This document shows positions 29,186 through 38,285 of a stretch of 64,000 nt of DNA, in pieces. This DNA is from Bacillota bacterium (lineage in GTDB: Bacteria > Bacillota > Clostridia > TANB77 > CAG-465). The position numbers and the translations under genes are program-made. How positions within the stretch are numbered: position 1 is the stretch's first letter; each line of letters starts with the position of its first letter. Where the stretch lies: assembly GCA_023460235.1 (NCBI GenBank), contig JAEWRE010000083.1, positions 70,565 to 134,564 on the forward strand, in the 5' to 3' direction. Below the pieces are notes generated by a model. That model searched no databases and had not been told where the DNA came from. It saw only the letters and a program-made list of their open reading frames with translations.

Positions 29186-30004
29186 TTAATTTAAATAATT
29201 TTCTAAAAATCTAACAACTCCATCTTCATCATTAGATAATGCTATATAATCAGCTGACTCTTTTATAACATCTAGTGCATTTCCCATTGCAACACCAACA
29301 CCAGAATTTTTGATCATATCTATATCATTTAATCCATCACCAAATGCTATTATATCTTCATTTGCGATCCCTTCAATGTCTGAAATTTTCTTAATACTGT
29401 TATATTTTGAAATATTATCATTAAATACCTCAATCCATTTTCTATCACTAAATGAATCTTGCATAGTAACAAATTTAAGCTCACTAAATTGTTTTCTTAA
29501 TTTATCTGTTAATTCATAAATATTGTCTTTTTGTTTAAGTACTATATTTATGTGAAATGTTTCTAATTCTTGTTCCAAAATGTCTTCTTTATTCTTAAAT
29601 AATTTTACAAAGTCATCTATATTATAATAACTTTCTGCAAGTTTGTTATAATATGTTAAATCACAAAAATCAATATATTCGAATTCATCTTTATTATATA
29701 TTGAAGAGATGTGGTCAACATATTTTTTATCTATACCACTTTTAAAAATATATTCTTTATTTGCCATGTCATAGATTGTACTACCAGAATCTGATATAAC
29801 ATAGTCTGCAAAATCTGCCCCATCACATACATCAATAGCTGATCTATGAATTCTTCCTGTTGCAATTACAACTGTATGACCTGAATTCTTTAAATTTCTT
29901 AAATATTCTTTTGTATATTCAGAACATTTGTTATTTTTCTTTAAAAATGTTCCATTTAAAAGTGTTCCGTCTAAGTCTGTTACTATTAATTTAGTTTTTT
30001 TCAT
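29186..30004 (-). CDS. Cof-type HAD-IIB family hydrolase
   Basis: DLDGTLL motif I and GDGLNDIDM motif IV. Start likely MKKTKLIV. The ORF table extends 12 codons further upstream to 30040. Confidence 0.8.
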   Translation of the reverse strand: MKKTKLIVTDLDGTLLNGTFLKKNNKCSEYTKEYLRNLKNSGHTVVIATGRIHRSAIDVCDGADFADYVISDSGSTIYDMANKEYIFKSGIDKKYVDHISSIYNKDEFEYIDFCDLTYYNKLAESYYNIDDFVKLFKNKEDILEQELETFHINIVLKQKDNIYELTDKLRKQFSELKFVTMQDSFSDRKWIEVFNDNISKYNSIKKISDIEGIANEDIIAFGDGLNDIDMIKNSGVGVAMGNALDVIKESADYIALSNDEDGVVRFLENYLN

Positions 30005-30132
30005 AATGCCCCCTATAGCCCTGTAAATATATCTATTCACCCATTAAACATGAGTAAGTAACTCCAAATCATTATATCAAATATATTTATCAAAGTAAAG
30101 AGAAAGTGTGTAATTGTATACACACTTTCTCT

Positions 30133-30624
30133 TTATTTATTTTTAAAATAATTACTTTCTTTTTGCAAGTTATAAAATCCTATTTGTCTTTCAGCTTCAT
30201 AAGCGACTATCGCTACACTATTAGAAAGATTAAGTGATCTTAATCCTTCTTTCATAGGAATTCTTACTGCATGATCAAAATTATCTAAAATATAATTTTC
30301 TGGAAGACCTCTACTTTCAGGACCAAATATTAAGTATGAATCTTTAGTATAATTTGCTTCAGTGTAATACTTTTCTGATTTAGTACTTAATAAATAAAAA
30401 TCATCTGTATTAACTTTATTTTTGAAGTCTTCCAAATTTTCATAAATAATTATATCTAGTTTATCCCAATAATCAAGTCCTGCACGTCTAACTGCTTTTT
30501 CTGATATATCAAATCCAAGTGGCTTTACAAGATGAAGTTTTGCTCCAATTGCAGCACAAGTTCTTGCAATATTACCAGTATTTTGTGGTATTTCTGGTTC
30601 AACTAAAACTATATTTAATGCCAT
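30133..30624 (-). CDS. trmL: tRNA (cytidine/uridine-2'-O-)-methyltransferase TrmL (SpoU/TrmH class)
   Basis: 163 aa SPOUT fold. EIPQNTGNIARTCAA and C-terminal knot motifs. Confidence 0.85.
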   Translation of the reverse strand: MALNIVLVEPEIPQNTGNIARTCAAIGAKLHLVKPLGFDISEKAVRRAGLDYWDKLDIIIYENLEDFKNKVNTDDFYLLSTKSEKYYTEANYTKDSYLIFGPESRGLPENYILDNFDHAVRIPMKEGLRSLNLSNSVAIVAYEAERQIGFYNLQKESNYFKNK

Positions 30625-30625
30625 C

Positions 30626-32692
30626 TTAGTTTCTCCTTAAAGCCACAATTGGATCCATTTTAGCAGCTTTAACAGAAGGTATTATTCCAGCAATTGCTGA
30701 AAGTATGACACATGCAAGTACTAATACACCAGTTGCTGATACACTAAGTACTGCAATGTTTACATTACCAATATTCATACCATATGATGTTATAATGTTA
30801 GAAACCATTTTGTTTACTACTTCACAGAATAAGTTAGTTATAAATATTCCTATTATACCTGAAAGAAGTCCAATTATTATAGATTCTGATAAGAAAATAT
30901 TTCTTATATCTTTGCTTCGTGCTCCAATTGCTCTTAAGATACCTATCTCTGATATTCTTTCTATAACAGATATAAATACTACAATTCCAATCATTAGAAC
31001 TGCTACTACAATTGAAATACTTGAAAATCCAATTAAAACGTTTCTTATAACTTTAAGTACTGTATCTACACTATTAAACATTGTAGTTGCTGCTCCTTCA
31101 ACTTTATATTTTGTTTGAGTAGCATTTATTTCATTAATAGTATTTTTTATTTCATCAATACTTAGATTTTTATCAACATACATATATACTTGATAAAATT
31201 TCATATCTTCTTTTTTCTTCTCAAATAATTCTTCATATAGTTTTAATGTATCCATACTATATTGATACATAGAATAGCCCATTGTGTTTACTGATGTAAT
31301 ACCAACAATCTTAAAATCTAATATTTTATTTTCATCGCTCTCTTGACCATAACTAGAATTAGGGCCAAACTTAGCATAAATGTTCTTTCCAATTAAATCT
31401 TCAATCTTCATTGAACTATTATCACCAATTAAATATTCAGCTGTATTAAGTGAAACTACAATTTCTTTTTCATTTTCTGGCTTTTTGCCAAGAGTTAAGT
31501 CACCTTCAACATTTTCATATGGTTCAAATCCATTCATTGTAGTAAATGATGCACTTTCAACTTCAGTTGTCTTTGCTCTACTTTCACTTAAAGAGAATTC
31601 ACTAAAGAAAGTTCTCATTACATCAGTTGGTACAGCCCAGTAGTGAGTTATATTACCATTAGAAGATTTTATATTTTCAATATCTGAATAGCTAAATGTT
31701 TTCATTTCTTGCATAGATGAGAATATTTCTGAAGAAGACTTATCATCATCTGATGTTTTTTGAGATACCATCAACATATTAGTAGGCATCATACTATCAA
31801 TTTGTGCTTTAGCTATTTTCATAGTTCCATTTGAAAGTGCAAGTGCCATTCCAACACCAATTATTCCTATTGACATTCCTATTGCTGTTGCAATAGTCCT
31901 TGCTTTTCTTCCAAAAATATTTTTTAAAGAATATTTAAACGCTTTAAAAAAGCTCATAGAAGATTTAGTAAATTCTTTTGAAGTATTTTCTTCATTTCTT
32001 GTTTCTATTTTTTCTTCTTCTTTTTTATTTTCTTCAATACTTATAACTTTTCCATCTTCCATTTTTATTATTGAATCTGCATATTCATTTGCAAGTTCAT
32101 CAGAATGGGTAATTATAATTACAAGTTTTGTTTTTGAAAGTTCTCTTAAAAGTTCCATTACTTCTAAGCTCATTTTCGTATCAAGTGCGCCTGTTGGTTC
32201 ATCTGCAAGTATTATATCTGGATCATTTATTAATGCTCTTGCGATAGCAACTCTTTGCTTTTGACCACCAGATAAAACATTTACTTTTCTTTTTGCAAAT
32301 TTATCTAGCTCAACTTTTTTTAATGTGTCCATTATTTTTTCTTTCTTTTCTTTTGAATTAGAAAGACTAAGTGCAACTTTTACATTATCATAAGCACTAA
32401 ATTTATTTATTAGATAAAATTGTTGAAATATAAACCCTATTGTGTTTTTTCTATAACTATCTAAATCTCTATCTTTGAAGTTTTTAAGTGATTTACCATT
32501 TATAACTACGTCACCTTCAAAATCACTATCTAAGGCTCCAACAATATTCATTAAAGTTGTTTTTCCACTACCAGATGGTCCAAGTATACAAACAATACCT
32601 TTTTCATTGATTTCAAAGTTTACATTATCTAATGCTTTGAAATTTTCATTTTTCATTTTATATATTTTTGATTTTATATCTACTTTTAACAT
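30626..32692 (-). CDS. fused ABC transporter ATPase + FtsX/MacB-type permease
   Basis: N-terminal Walker A GPSGSGKTT, signature LSGGQKQRVAIARAL, Walker B ILADEPTGALD. C-terminal 4-TM FtsX permease with a large extracytoplasmic domain. Confidence 0.8.
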   Translation of the reverse strand: MLKVDIKSKIYKMKNENFKALDNVNFEINEKGIVCILGPSGSGKTTLMNIVGALDSDFEGDVVINGKSLKNFKDRDLDSYRKNTIGFIFQQFYLINKFSAYDNVKVALSLSNSKEKKEKIMDTLKKVELDKFAKRKVNVLSGGQKQRVAIARALINDPDIILADEPTGALDTKMSLEVMELLRELSKTKLVIIITHSDELANEYADSIIKMEDGKVISIEENKKEEEKIETRNEENTSKEFTKSSMSFFKAFKYSLKNIFGRKARTIATAIGMSIGIIGVGMALALSNGTMKIAKAQIDSMMPTNMLMVSQKTSDDDKSSSEIFSSMQEMKTFSYSDIENIKSSNGNITHYWAVPTDVMRTFFSEFSLSESRAKTTEVESASFTTMNGFEPYENVEGDLTLGKKPENEKEIVVSLNTAEYLIGDNSSMKIEDLIGKNIYAKFGPNSSYGQESDENKILDFKIVGITSVNTMGYSMYQYSMDTLKLYEELFEKKKEDMKFYQVYMYVDKNLSIDEIKNTINEINATQTKYKVEGAATTMFNSVDTVLKVIRNVLIGFSSISIVVAVLMIGIVVFISVIERISEIGILRAIGARSKDIRNIFLSESIIIGLLSGIIGIFITNLFCEVVNKMVSNIITSYGMNIGNVNIAVLSVSATGVLVLACVILSAIAGIIPSVKAAKMDPIVALRRN

Positions 32693-32704
32693 GTTGCCCC
32701 CTCC

Positions 32705-34855
32705 TTACTCATCTCTTAGCGCGTCAATTACATGCATTTTAGTTGCTTTCTTTGAAGGGAAATAACCAGCAAGTGCAGAAACTAATGCACTAAATGCAAT
32801 TATAATAATTATTGTTGCTAGAGGGAATGTAATATTTTCTGTGAATGGTACAGTTGAAATAGGTATAGTAATAATTCCAGGTAAATCTAAATTTAATACT
32901 TTAGATATTACTTTTTCAAGTATTGGTGCAAGTCCAAAAGAAATTATTAATCCAAGTATTCCTGAAAATACACCCATTAATATAGCTTCACTTTCAAATA
33001 TTCTTATTACATCTTTATTTCTTCCACCAACAGCCTTAATAATTCCAATTTCAACTTTTCTTTCAACTATACTTGAATATAGAACTATTGAAGTCATAAT
33101 TGAAGATACTACAAGTGCTATTACAATGAATACACTTATTACAATTTGAGCCATAAGTATTAATTGAGCAAATATGTTTTTTACTACAATTGCTACGTTA
33201 AGTGCAGAGTATCCAGCCTTTTGAGAACCAGATCCCATTATAGAGATTTTACCTGCTCCGCCTTTTGCTTCATCACTTATGTAGTCTGAAACTGCTTTAG
33301 TATCATTTACATCTTTTACAGTAACTTCGTAAAATGCTGAATTTTTAGTTACTAAATCATATACTGTATCTCCAGTAGGTACTTTTATCTCTTTTAACCA
33401 TTCTACAGCATCATCATAAACATAATATAACGCTTGTATTCCAATGTCTAATTCATTTACAACACCAGATACCGTAAATTCTCTTTCAAATGTTAAATTT
33501 GAATCTTCTATACCATAAGTAATAACAACTTTCTTACCTATTATTTTAGTTAAATCATCTGTACTCAAATCAATACTTTTAAGTAGTTTACGAGCAGTTG
33601 ACTGATTTACTAGTACTTCATAATTTCCTTTTTTGGGTAAATTTCCATCAACATTTTCTTTTAAGAATTCTAAATTATTCTCATTAGCAAGAGAGTATAT
33701 CATTGTGTTAGAAAGATTATATGCTGTTTTATCTGCTCCATTTGTTTTTTCATCACTAATTCTAACTTTTGATGAGTTAAAACTAACAAATTGTCTTACA
33801 TCAGTAACATTTGATTTTATATACTCATCATTTAATAATTTATCATAATCACTTAAATTTTTAGTATACTCAATTTTATCTTTACCATTATCATCTTTTT
33901 TCATATCTGATTTTTCAAGAACAAGGACATTAGCTGTTCCAAATTTATTTAATTGCTTATCAATGTATATATTTGAACCATTTCCAAGACCAGTTATAAG
34001 GGTAAAACCTATTATACCAACACATCCTGCAAGTGTAGTAATTGCAACTCTTCCTTTTTTCTTTAACATATTTCTAAGAGAAAGCTTAAATGCCTCTCTA
34101 AATGACATGCTAGTATCTTTTTTCTTTAAAGTAGATTCAGCACTATTTATCTTTTCTTCAGTTATAACAGTATCGCTTTCAATTTTACCATCTCTAACCT
34201 TTATAATTCTACTTGAATATTCTTCTGCAAGTGCATTATTATGTGTAACCATTATAACTAGTTTTTCTTTAGCTATCTCTTTTATTAGCTCCATTATTTG
34301 CTTACCAGTCTTTTGATCAAGTGCACCTGTTGGTTCATCGGCTAGTATTATATCTGGATCATTAGCTAATGCTCTTGCAATAGCTACTCTTTGTTTTTGT
34401 CCACCTGATAGTTCAGATGGTCTATGATTTATATGATTTTCTAAACCAACTTTTTTTAGTAATTCTCTTGCTCTTTCTTTTCTTTTAGAATAGCTAAGAC
34501 CAATTAAATTCATAACTATTTCTACATTTTCAAGAGCAGTTAAATGCTCAATTAAATTAAAGTTTTGAAAAACAAAACCAATATTATTTTTTCTATATAA
34601 ATCCCAATCTTTCTTTTTAAATTTCTTTGAAGTTTTATTTCCAATCACAAGTTCACCACTTGTTGGAAAATCAAGGCCTGCAATAATATTTAGTAAAGTT
34701 GATTTACCACTACCAGACGGTCCTACAATAGAAACAAATTCTCCTTTTTCAAAAGAAAAATTTACATTTTCAAGTGCAACAAATTCTTCCTTTTTGCTTA
34801 TTTTAAAACTTTTTTTTACATTTTTTAATTCTAATATCATACTTCTCCTCTCCAT
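32705..34855 (-). CDS. fused ABC transporter ATPase + FtsX/MacB-type permease (paralog of downstream gene)
   Basis: Same architecture and motifs as 30626..32692 (GPSGSGKST, LSGGQKQRVAIARAL). 12-nt gap to the paralog. Confidence 0.8.
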   Translation of the reverse strand: MERRSMILELKNVKKSFKISKKEEFVALENVNFSFEKGEFVSIVGPSGSGKSTLLNIIAGLDFPTSGELVIGNKTSKKFKKKDWDLYRKNNIGFVFQNFNLIEHLTALENVEIVMNLIGLSYSKRKERARELLKKVGLENHINHRPSELSGGQKQRVAIARALANDPDIILADEPTGALDQKTGKQIMELIKEIAKEKLVIMVTHNNALAEEYSSRIIKVRDGKIESDTVITEEKINSAESTLKKKDTSMSFREAFKLSLRNMLKKKGRVAITTLAGCVGIIGFTLITGLGNGSNIYIDKQLNKFGTANVLVLEKSDMKKDDNGKDKIEYTKNLSDYDKLLNDEYIKSNVTDVRQFVSFNSSKVRISDEKTNGADKTAYNLSNTMIYSLANENNLEFLKENVDGNLPKKGNYEVLVNQSTARKLLKSIDLSTDDLTKIIGKKVVITYGIEDSNLTFEREFTVSGVVNELDIGIQALYYVYDDAVEWLKEIKVPTGDTVYDLVTKNSAFYEVTVKDVNDTKAVSDYISDEAKGGAGKISIMGSGSQKAGYSALNVAIVVKNIFAQLILMAQIVISVFIVIALVVSSIMTSIVLYSSIVERKVEIGIIKAVGGRNKDVIRIFESEAILMGVFSGILGLIISFGLAPILEKVISKVLNLDLPGIITIPISTVPFTENITFPLATIIIIIAFSALVSALAGYFPSKKATKMHVIDALRDE

Positions 34856-34872
34856 TTAAACAATATTTTAAT

Positions 34873-34901
34873 ATTATAGCATATAAATATAACATATTCA
34901 A
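34873..34901 (-). promoter_or_regulatory. putative promoter of the ABC pair (TTGAAT -17- TATAAT on minus strand)
   Basis: Reverse complement shows TTGAAT, a 17-nt spacer and TATAAT, followed by the RBS GGAGAGGAG. Divergent from the plus-strand promoter at 34927. Confidence 0.45.
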
Positions 34902-34926
34902 ACATTTTGTATAATATTAAACTAGG

Positions 34927-34955
34927 TTGACATAAGAACAAAAATGTGATATAAT
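34927..34955 (+). promoter_or_regulatory. consensus sigma-A promoter (TTGACA -17- TGaTATAAT) for 35006..35479
   Basis: Perfect hexamers plus an extended -10 TG. Confidence 0.5.
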
Positions 34956-35005
34956 TTATCTATATATGTTATAAATTAATTAGCTATAAAAAATAATTTT
35001 ATTTT

Positions 35006-35479
35006 ATGGGAGGATTTATTATTATGGAAAAAAATATTGTAAAGTATCAAAGGCTAAGATTGGTTTTTTTAATTTTTTTTATTATCTTTGAAGGATTTGC
35101 AATTGGAGGTATATTACTTTATTTTGTTTTTTTTGATAAAGATATTCATTACGCTATAATTCCGTTTCTCATCATTTTATTATTTTCAATAGTATTACTT
35201 GTATTTTTAAAGGTAGATGATTTCTGCGGGGATAAGATAATTGTAAACGTTATCGAAATCATAAAAAATAATTTGAAAGCTTCCGACCTACCTATAAAGT
35301 TTGAAATGATAACTAATGATTCTGAACTTGTATTTAGCATAACAAATTTAAATTACCAAGAAATTTTTGAAAAAGCTTTTGAAACTATTGATTCAATAGT
35401 CTCTTCTAACAAGGTGAAAAATGATATTAGCGGTTCAATATTCATTTATTTAGCTGGTAGAAAACTACCACTATACTAA
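35006..35479 (+). CDS. hypothetical membrane protein (157 aa, 2 TM)
   Basis: RBS GGGAGG 8 nt before the ATG. Hydrophobic N-terminal half. Confidence 0.5.
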   Translation: MGGFIIMEKNIVKYQRLRLVFLIFFIIFEGFAIGGILLYFVFFDKDIHYAIIPFLIILLFSIVLLVFLKVDDFCGDKIIVNVIEIIKNNLKASDLPIKFEMITNDSELVFSITNLNYQEIFEKAFETIDSIVSSNKVKNDISGSIFIYLAGRKLPLY

Positions 35480-35504
35480 TCTAAATTTATAAAAAGTACT
35501 AAAA

Positions 35505-35538
35505 AAGTTACTGAGATTAATTTCCCAGTAACTTTTTT
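35505..35538. terminator. bidirectional hairpin terminator
   Basis: agttactg / cagtaact stem followed by TTTTTAT. A-run upstream. Confidence 0.5.
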
Positions 35539-35564
35539 ATCATCTTTAAGTTTAAATAATTATA

Positions 35565-36230
35565 TTATAAATTAATCTTGCTATCAAGTACATTTCTATA
35601 TACTTCATATACCTTATCCCATGTCACTTGCCCTACTATGCCATCTATTGGAAGTCCAAATAGTTTTTGAAATTCGAATACTGCACTCTTAGTCTTAGGT
35701 CCAAATATTCCATCTACATTTAATTTTATAATTGATGGATATGCAGTAGATATTACATTTAAATATTCTTGTAAATCTGTAACATATTTTCCAGTACTTC
35801 CTTCACGAATTACGTTACTTGATACATCATATGAATCTTCTCCACCTATTCTATTTTGTAATATAGATGTTATTCTTACATCTTTACATTTTTCAGAATG
35901 TGTGACTTTTATTTTATTCCATGTTTTCTCATCAACTATACCAGTACATTCACAACCTGTGATTTCTTGGAATTGACTAACTGCTGTTTTAGTATTTCCT
36001 CCGAAATTTCCATCAATTGTGAGAATTAATATAGTTGGATAGATATGTGCAAGATCAAGTAGCATTGTTTGTAGATCTTCTACTTCTGGTCCACTATCCC
36101 CTTCTTGTAAAGGATTAAATCTACTTACATTTGAGTTATAATTGTTATTTTTACTCATATATTTTCTCATACTTAAGTTATTTCCGTTTCCATTTCCATT
36201 CATTCCGTTCCTTCTTCTCAAATTAATCAC
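35565..36230 (-). CDS. protein with two peptidoglycan-binding (PG_binding_1-like) domains and an Asn/Gly-rich N-terminus
   Basis: Two copies of the DxGxxVxxLQxxL...GxFGxxTxxAVxxFQ pattern. No signal peptide or catalytic domain recognised. Confidence 0.65.
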   Translation of the reverse strand: MINLRRRNGMNGNGNGNNLSMRKYMSKNNNYNSNVSRFNPLQEGDSGPEVEDLQTMLLDLAHIYPTILILTIDGNFGGNTKTAVSQFQEITGCECTGIVDEKTWNKIKVTHSEKCKDVRITSILQNRIGGEDSYDVSSNVIREGSTGKYVTDLQEYLNVISTAYPSIIKLNVDGIFGPKTKSAVFEFQKLFGLPIDGIVGQVTWDKVYEVYRNVLDSKINL

Positions 36231-36340
36231 CTTTCCTTACTACATAGTACATAATATGATGTACATACAGTTTTATGAATGTATAGCTTGATGTTTTAGT
36301 ATTTTAGTGATAAAATTATTAAGACAAGTGGAGGAAAAAA

Positions 36341-37228
36341 ATGAAGCATATAATATTAGTAAATCCTGTGTCTGGAAATCATAAAGGAATGAAAAAAGGT
36401 GAGATAGTAAAAAGATTACTAGCAAAAAATAATATAGAATCTGAAATATATACATCTGAATATCCATCTCACTTAACTGAAATAGCAAGAAGACTTGCAA
36501 ATGAATCAAAATGTAGGTTTTATTCTATTGGTGGAGATGGTACTTTAAATGAAGTGGTAACTGGAATAATTGGAACTGAATCAGAAATTGTTGTTGTTCC
36601 TTCTGGTACTGGTAATGATTTTATAAAATGTATTTCTAAGTATAATGGGATGAGAAAGATTGTACTTGAATCCTTAAAACATGAAAGTAAAAAAGTAGAT
36701 ATACTTAAAGTTAATAGAGATAAGTACTGTGTAAATATATTAAATTGTGGATTTGATGCGATGGTAGCAAAAAATGTAGATAACTTTAGAATATTTAGAT
36801 TTCTTACTGGAAAAATGAAATATAATTTATCTATTTTTAGTACTCTTTTATCTAATAGAAACTATAAATTTAAGATTAATATTAAAGATAAAAATAGTAT
36901 TAAAGGTTATTTTACATTCGTTGTGGTTGCAAATGGTAAATATTATGGTGGTGGAATATGTCCATGTCCTGACGCAAATATTTATGATGGAATTGCCGAC
37001 ATTTGCTATGCGGATTCTACAACTATTTCAAATAAAATTAAATTGTTGCCAAAGTATAAAAAAAGTGAACATATTGGGCTTGATAAAGTTCATATAGATA
37101 AAACAAACGAAATTAGTATTGTATCTACTAGAAAATTTCCAGTTAGTATAGATGGTGAAGTTTTTTATACCGATAAAATACATGCAAAAGTTATTAAAGA
37201 GGCTATAAACATAGTAACTATTTATTAA
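36341..37228 (+). CDS. diacylglycerol/lipid kinase family protein (DagK/YegS-like)
   Basis: DAGK catalytic motif IGGDGTLNEVVTGI and a C-terminal YegS-like domain. Confidence 0.85.
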   Translation: MKHIILVNPVSGNHKGMKKGEIVKRLLAKNNIESEIYTSEYPSHLTEIARRLANESKCRFYSIGGDGTLNEVVTGIIGTESEIVVVPSGTGNDFIKCISKYNGMRKIVLESLKHESKKVDILKVNRDKYCVNILNCGFDAMVAKNVDNFRIFRFLTGKMKYNLSIFSTLLSNRNYKFKINIKDKNSIKGYFTFVVVANGKYYGGGICPCPDANIYDGIADICYADSTTISNKIKLLPKYKKSEHIGLDKVHIDKTNEISIVSTRKFPVSIDGEVFYTDKIHAKVIKEAINIVTIY

Positions 37229-37252
37229 TTATACTATTAGACATAACATATT

Positions 37253-37283
37253 AAGAGAGAAAAATTAAACTAATTTCTCTCTT
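37253..37283. terminator. bidirectional terminator (perfect 10-bp stem aagagagaaa / tttctctctt)
   Basis: Seen directly. Overlaps the stop codon of the radical-SAM gene and follows the dagK-like gene. Confidence 0.55.
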
Positions 37284-38152
37284 TTTATATATCCGCATTT
37301 CCTGCAAAGTTCTTCACTAAATTTATTAGTTTTAAAACCATCTAACATTTTTTGTACTCTGTTACTGTTTAGTATTTCCTCAAAACCAATATCATCATTT
37401 AGTATATTTCCTAGATTAATATCACCATTATTATCTAGACAACAGGGCACAACTGTACCATCTACAAGTATACCTATCTGATCAACTAATCCATGACATT
37501 TTCCAATTATATTTTTTTCTTTTTCATTTATATCCGGCCATGCAAATTTACACTCTATATTTAAAAAAACTTTATCTTTTATCTTAATATTATTATTTAT
37601 ATTAAGCTTATCATATAAATCAAAAATACCAAATACTTCTTGTATCTTATCAACTATGTATTTATTTTGTAAAGTAATGTTATTATAATTATTTTCTATA
37701 TTCCAAAGTCTAAAAGCAATTATAGTATCAGAGTTTTCACTTATATATTTTGCAGCTTCTAAACATTCATCTAGTTTCTTAATTTGTATTTGATTAATTA
37801 CATCTTCAAAGCTATGAAGTGAAATATTTAATTGCCTCACTGAACTTTTAACAAGTTTTTCTTTATTTTGATTTAAAAGAGTTCCATTTGTAGTTATATT
37901 TACTTTCATATCATATTTTTTACATAAGTCTAGCATGCTATACAGTTCACTATGCATTAATGGCTCACCTTTTACATGTAGATATATATAGTCTGTATAA
38001 TCTTTTACTTTGATTAATATTTTTTCGAAATCACTTGATTTCATATACTCTTTTTTTCTATTTGTTTTAGGGCAAAAACTACAAGACATGTTACAGATAT
38101 TAGTTATTTCTATATACACCCTTTTAAATCTTTTTACTTTTTTACTATACAT
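37265..38152 (-). CDS. radical SAM protein with C-terminal SPASM/twitch-like Cys cluster
   Basis: CxxxCxxC (CNMSCSFCP) near the N-terminus. C-terminal CHGLVDQ...VVPCCLDNNGDINLGN...CRKCGY. Confidence 0.75.
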   Translation of the reverse strand: MYSKKVKRFKRVYIEITNICNMSCSFCPKTNRKKEYMKSSDFEKILIKVKDYTDYIYLHVKGEPLMHSELYSMLDLCKKYDMKVNITTNGTLLNQNKEKLVKSSVRQLNISLHSFEDVINQIQIKKLDECLEAAKYISENSDTIIAFRLWNIENNYNNITLQNKYIVDKIQEVFGIFDLYDKLNINNNIKIKDKVFLNIECKFAWPDINEKEKNIIGKCHGLVDQIGILVDGTVVPCCLDNNGDINLGNILNDDIGFEEILNSNRVQKMLDGFKTNKFSEELCRKCGYIKREKLV

Positions 38153-38285
38153 TAAATCTCCATTCTTAATACTATTTTATCTCTTTTATTTTATCATTTA
38201 TCTTTCAAGTTATCAAGCAAATTAAAGTGTTTCTTTTTTTCTAAAATACAAAAATAAGGTAAGCAATTCTTACCTTATTATTTAA

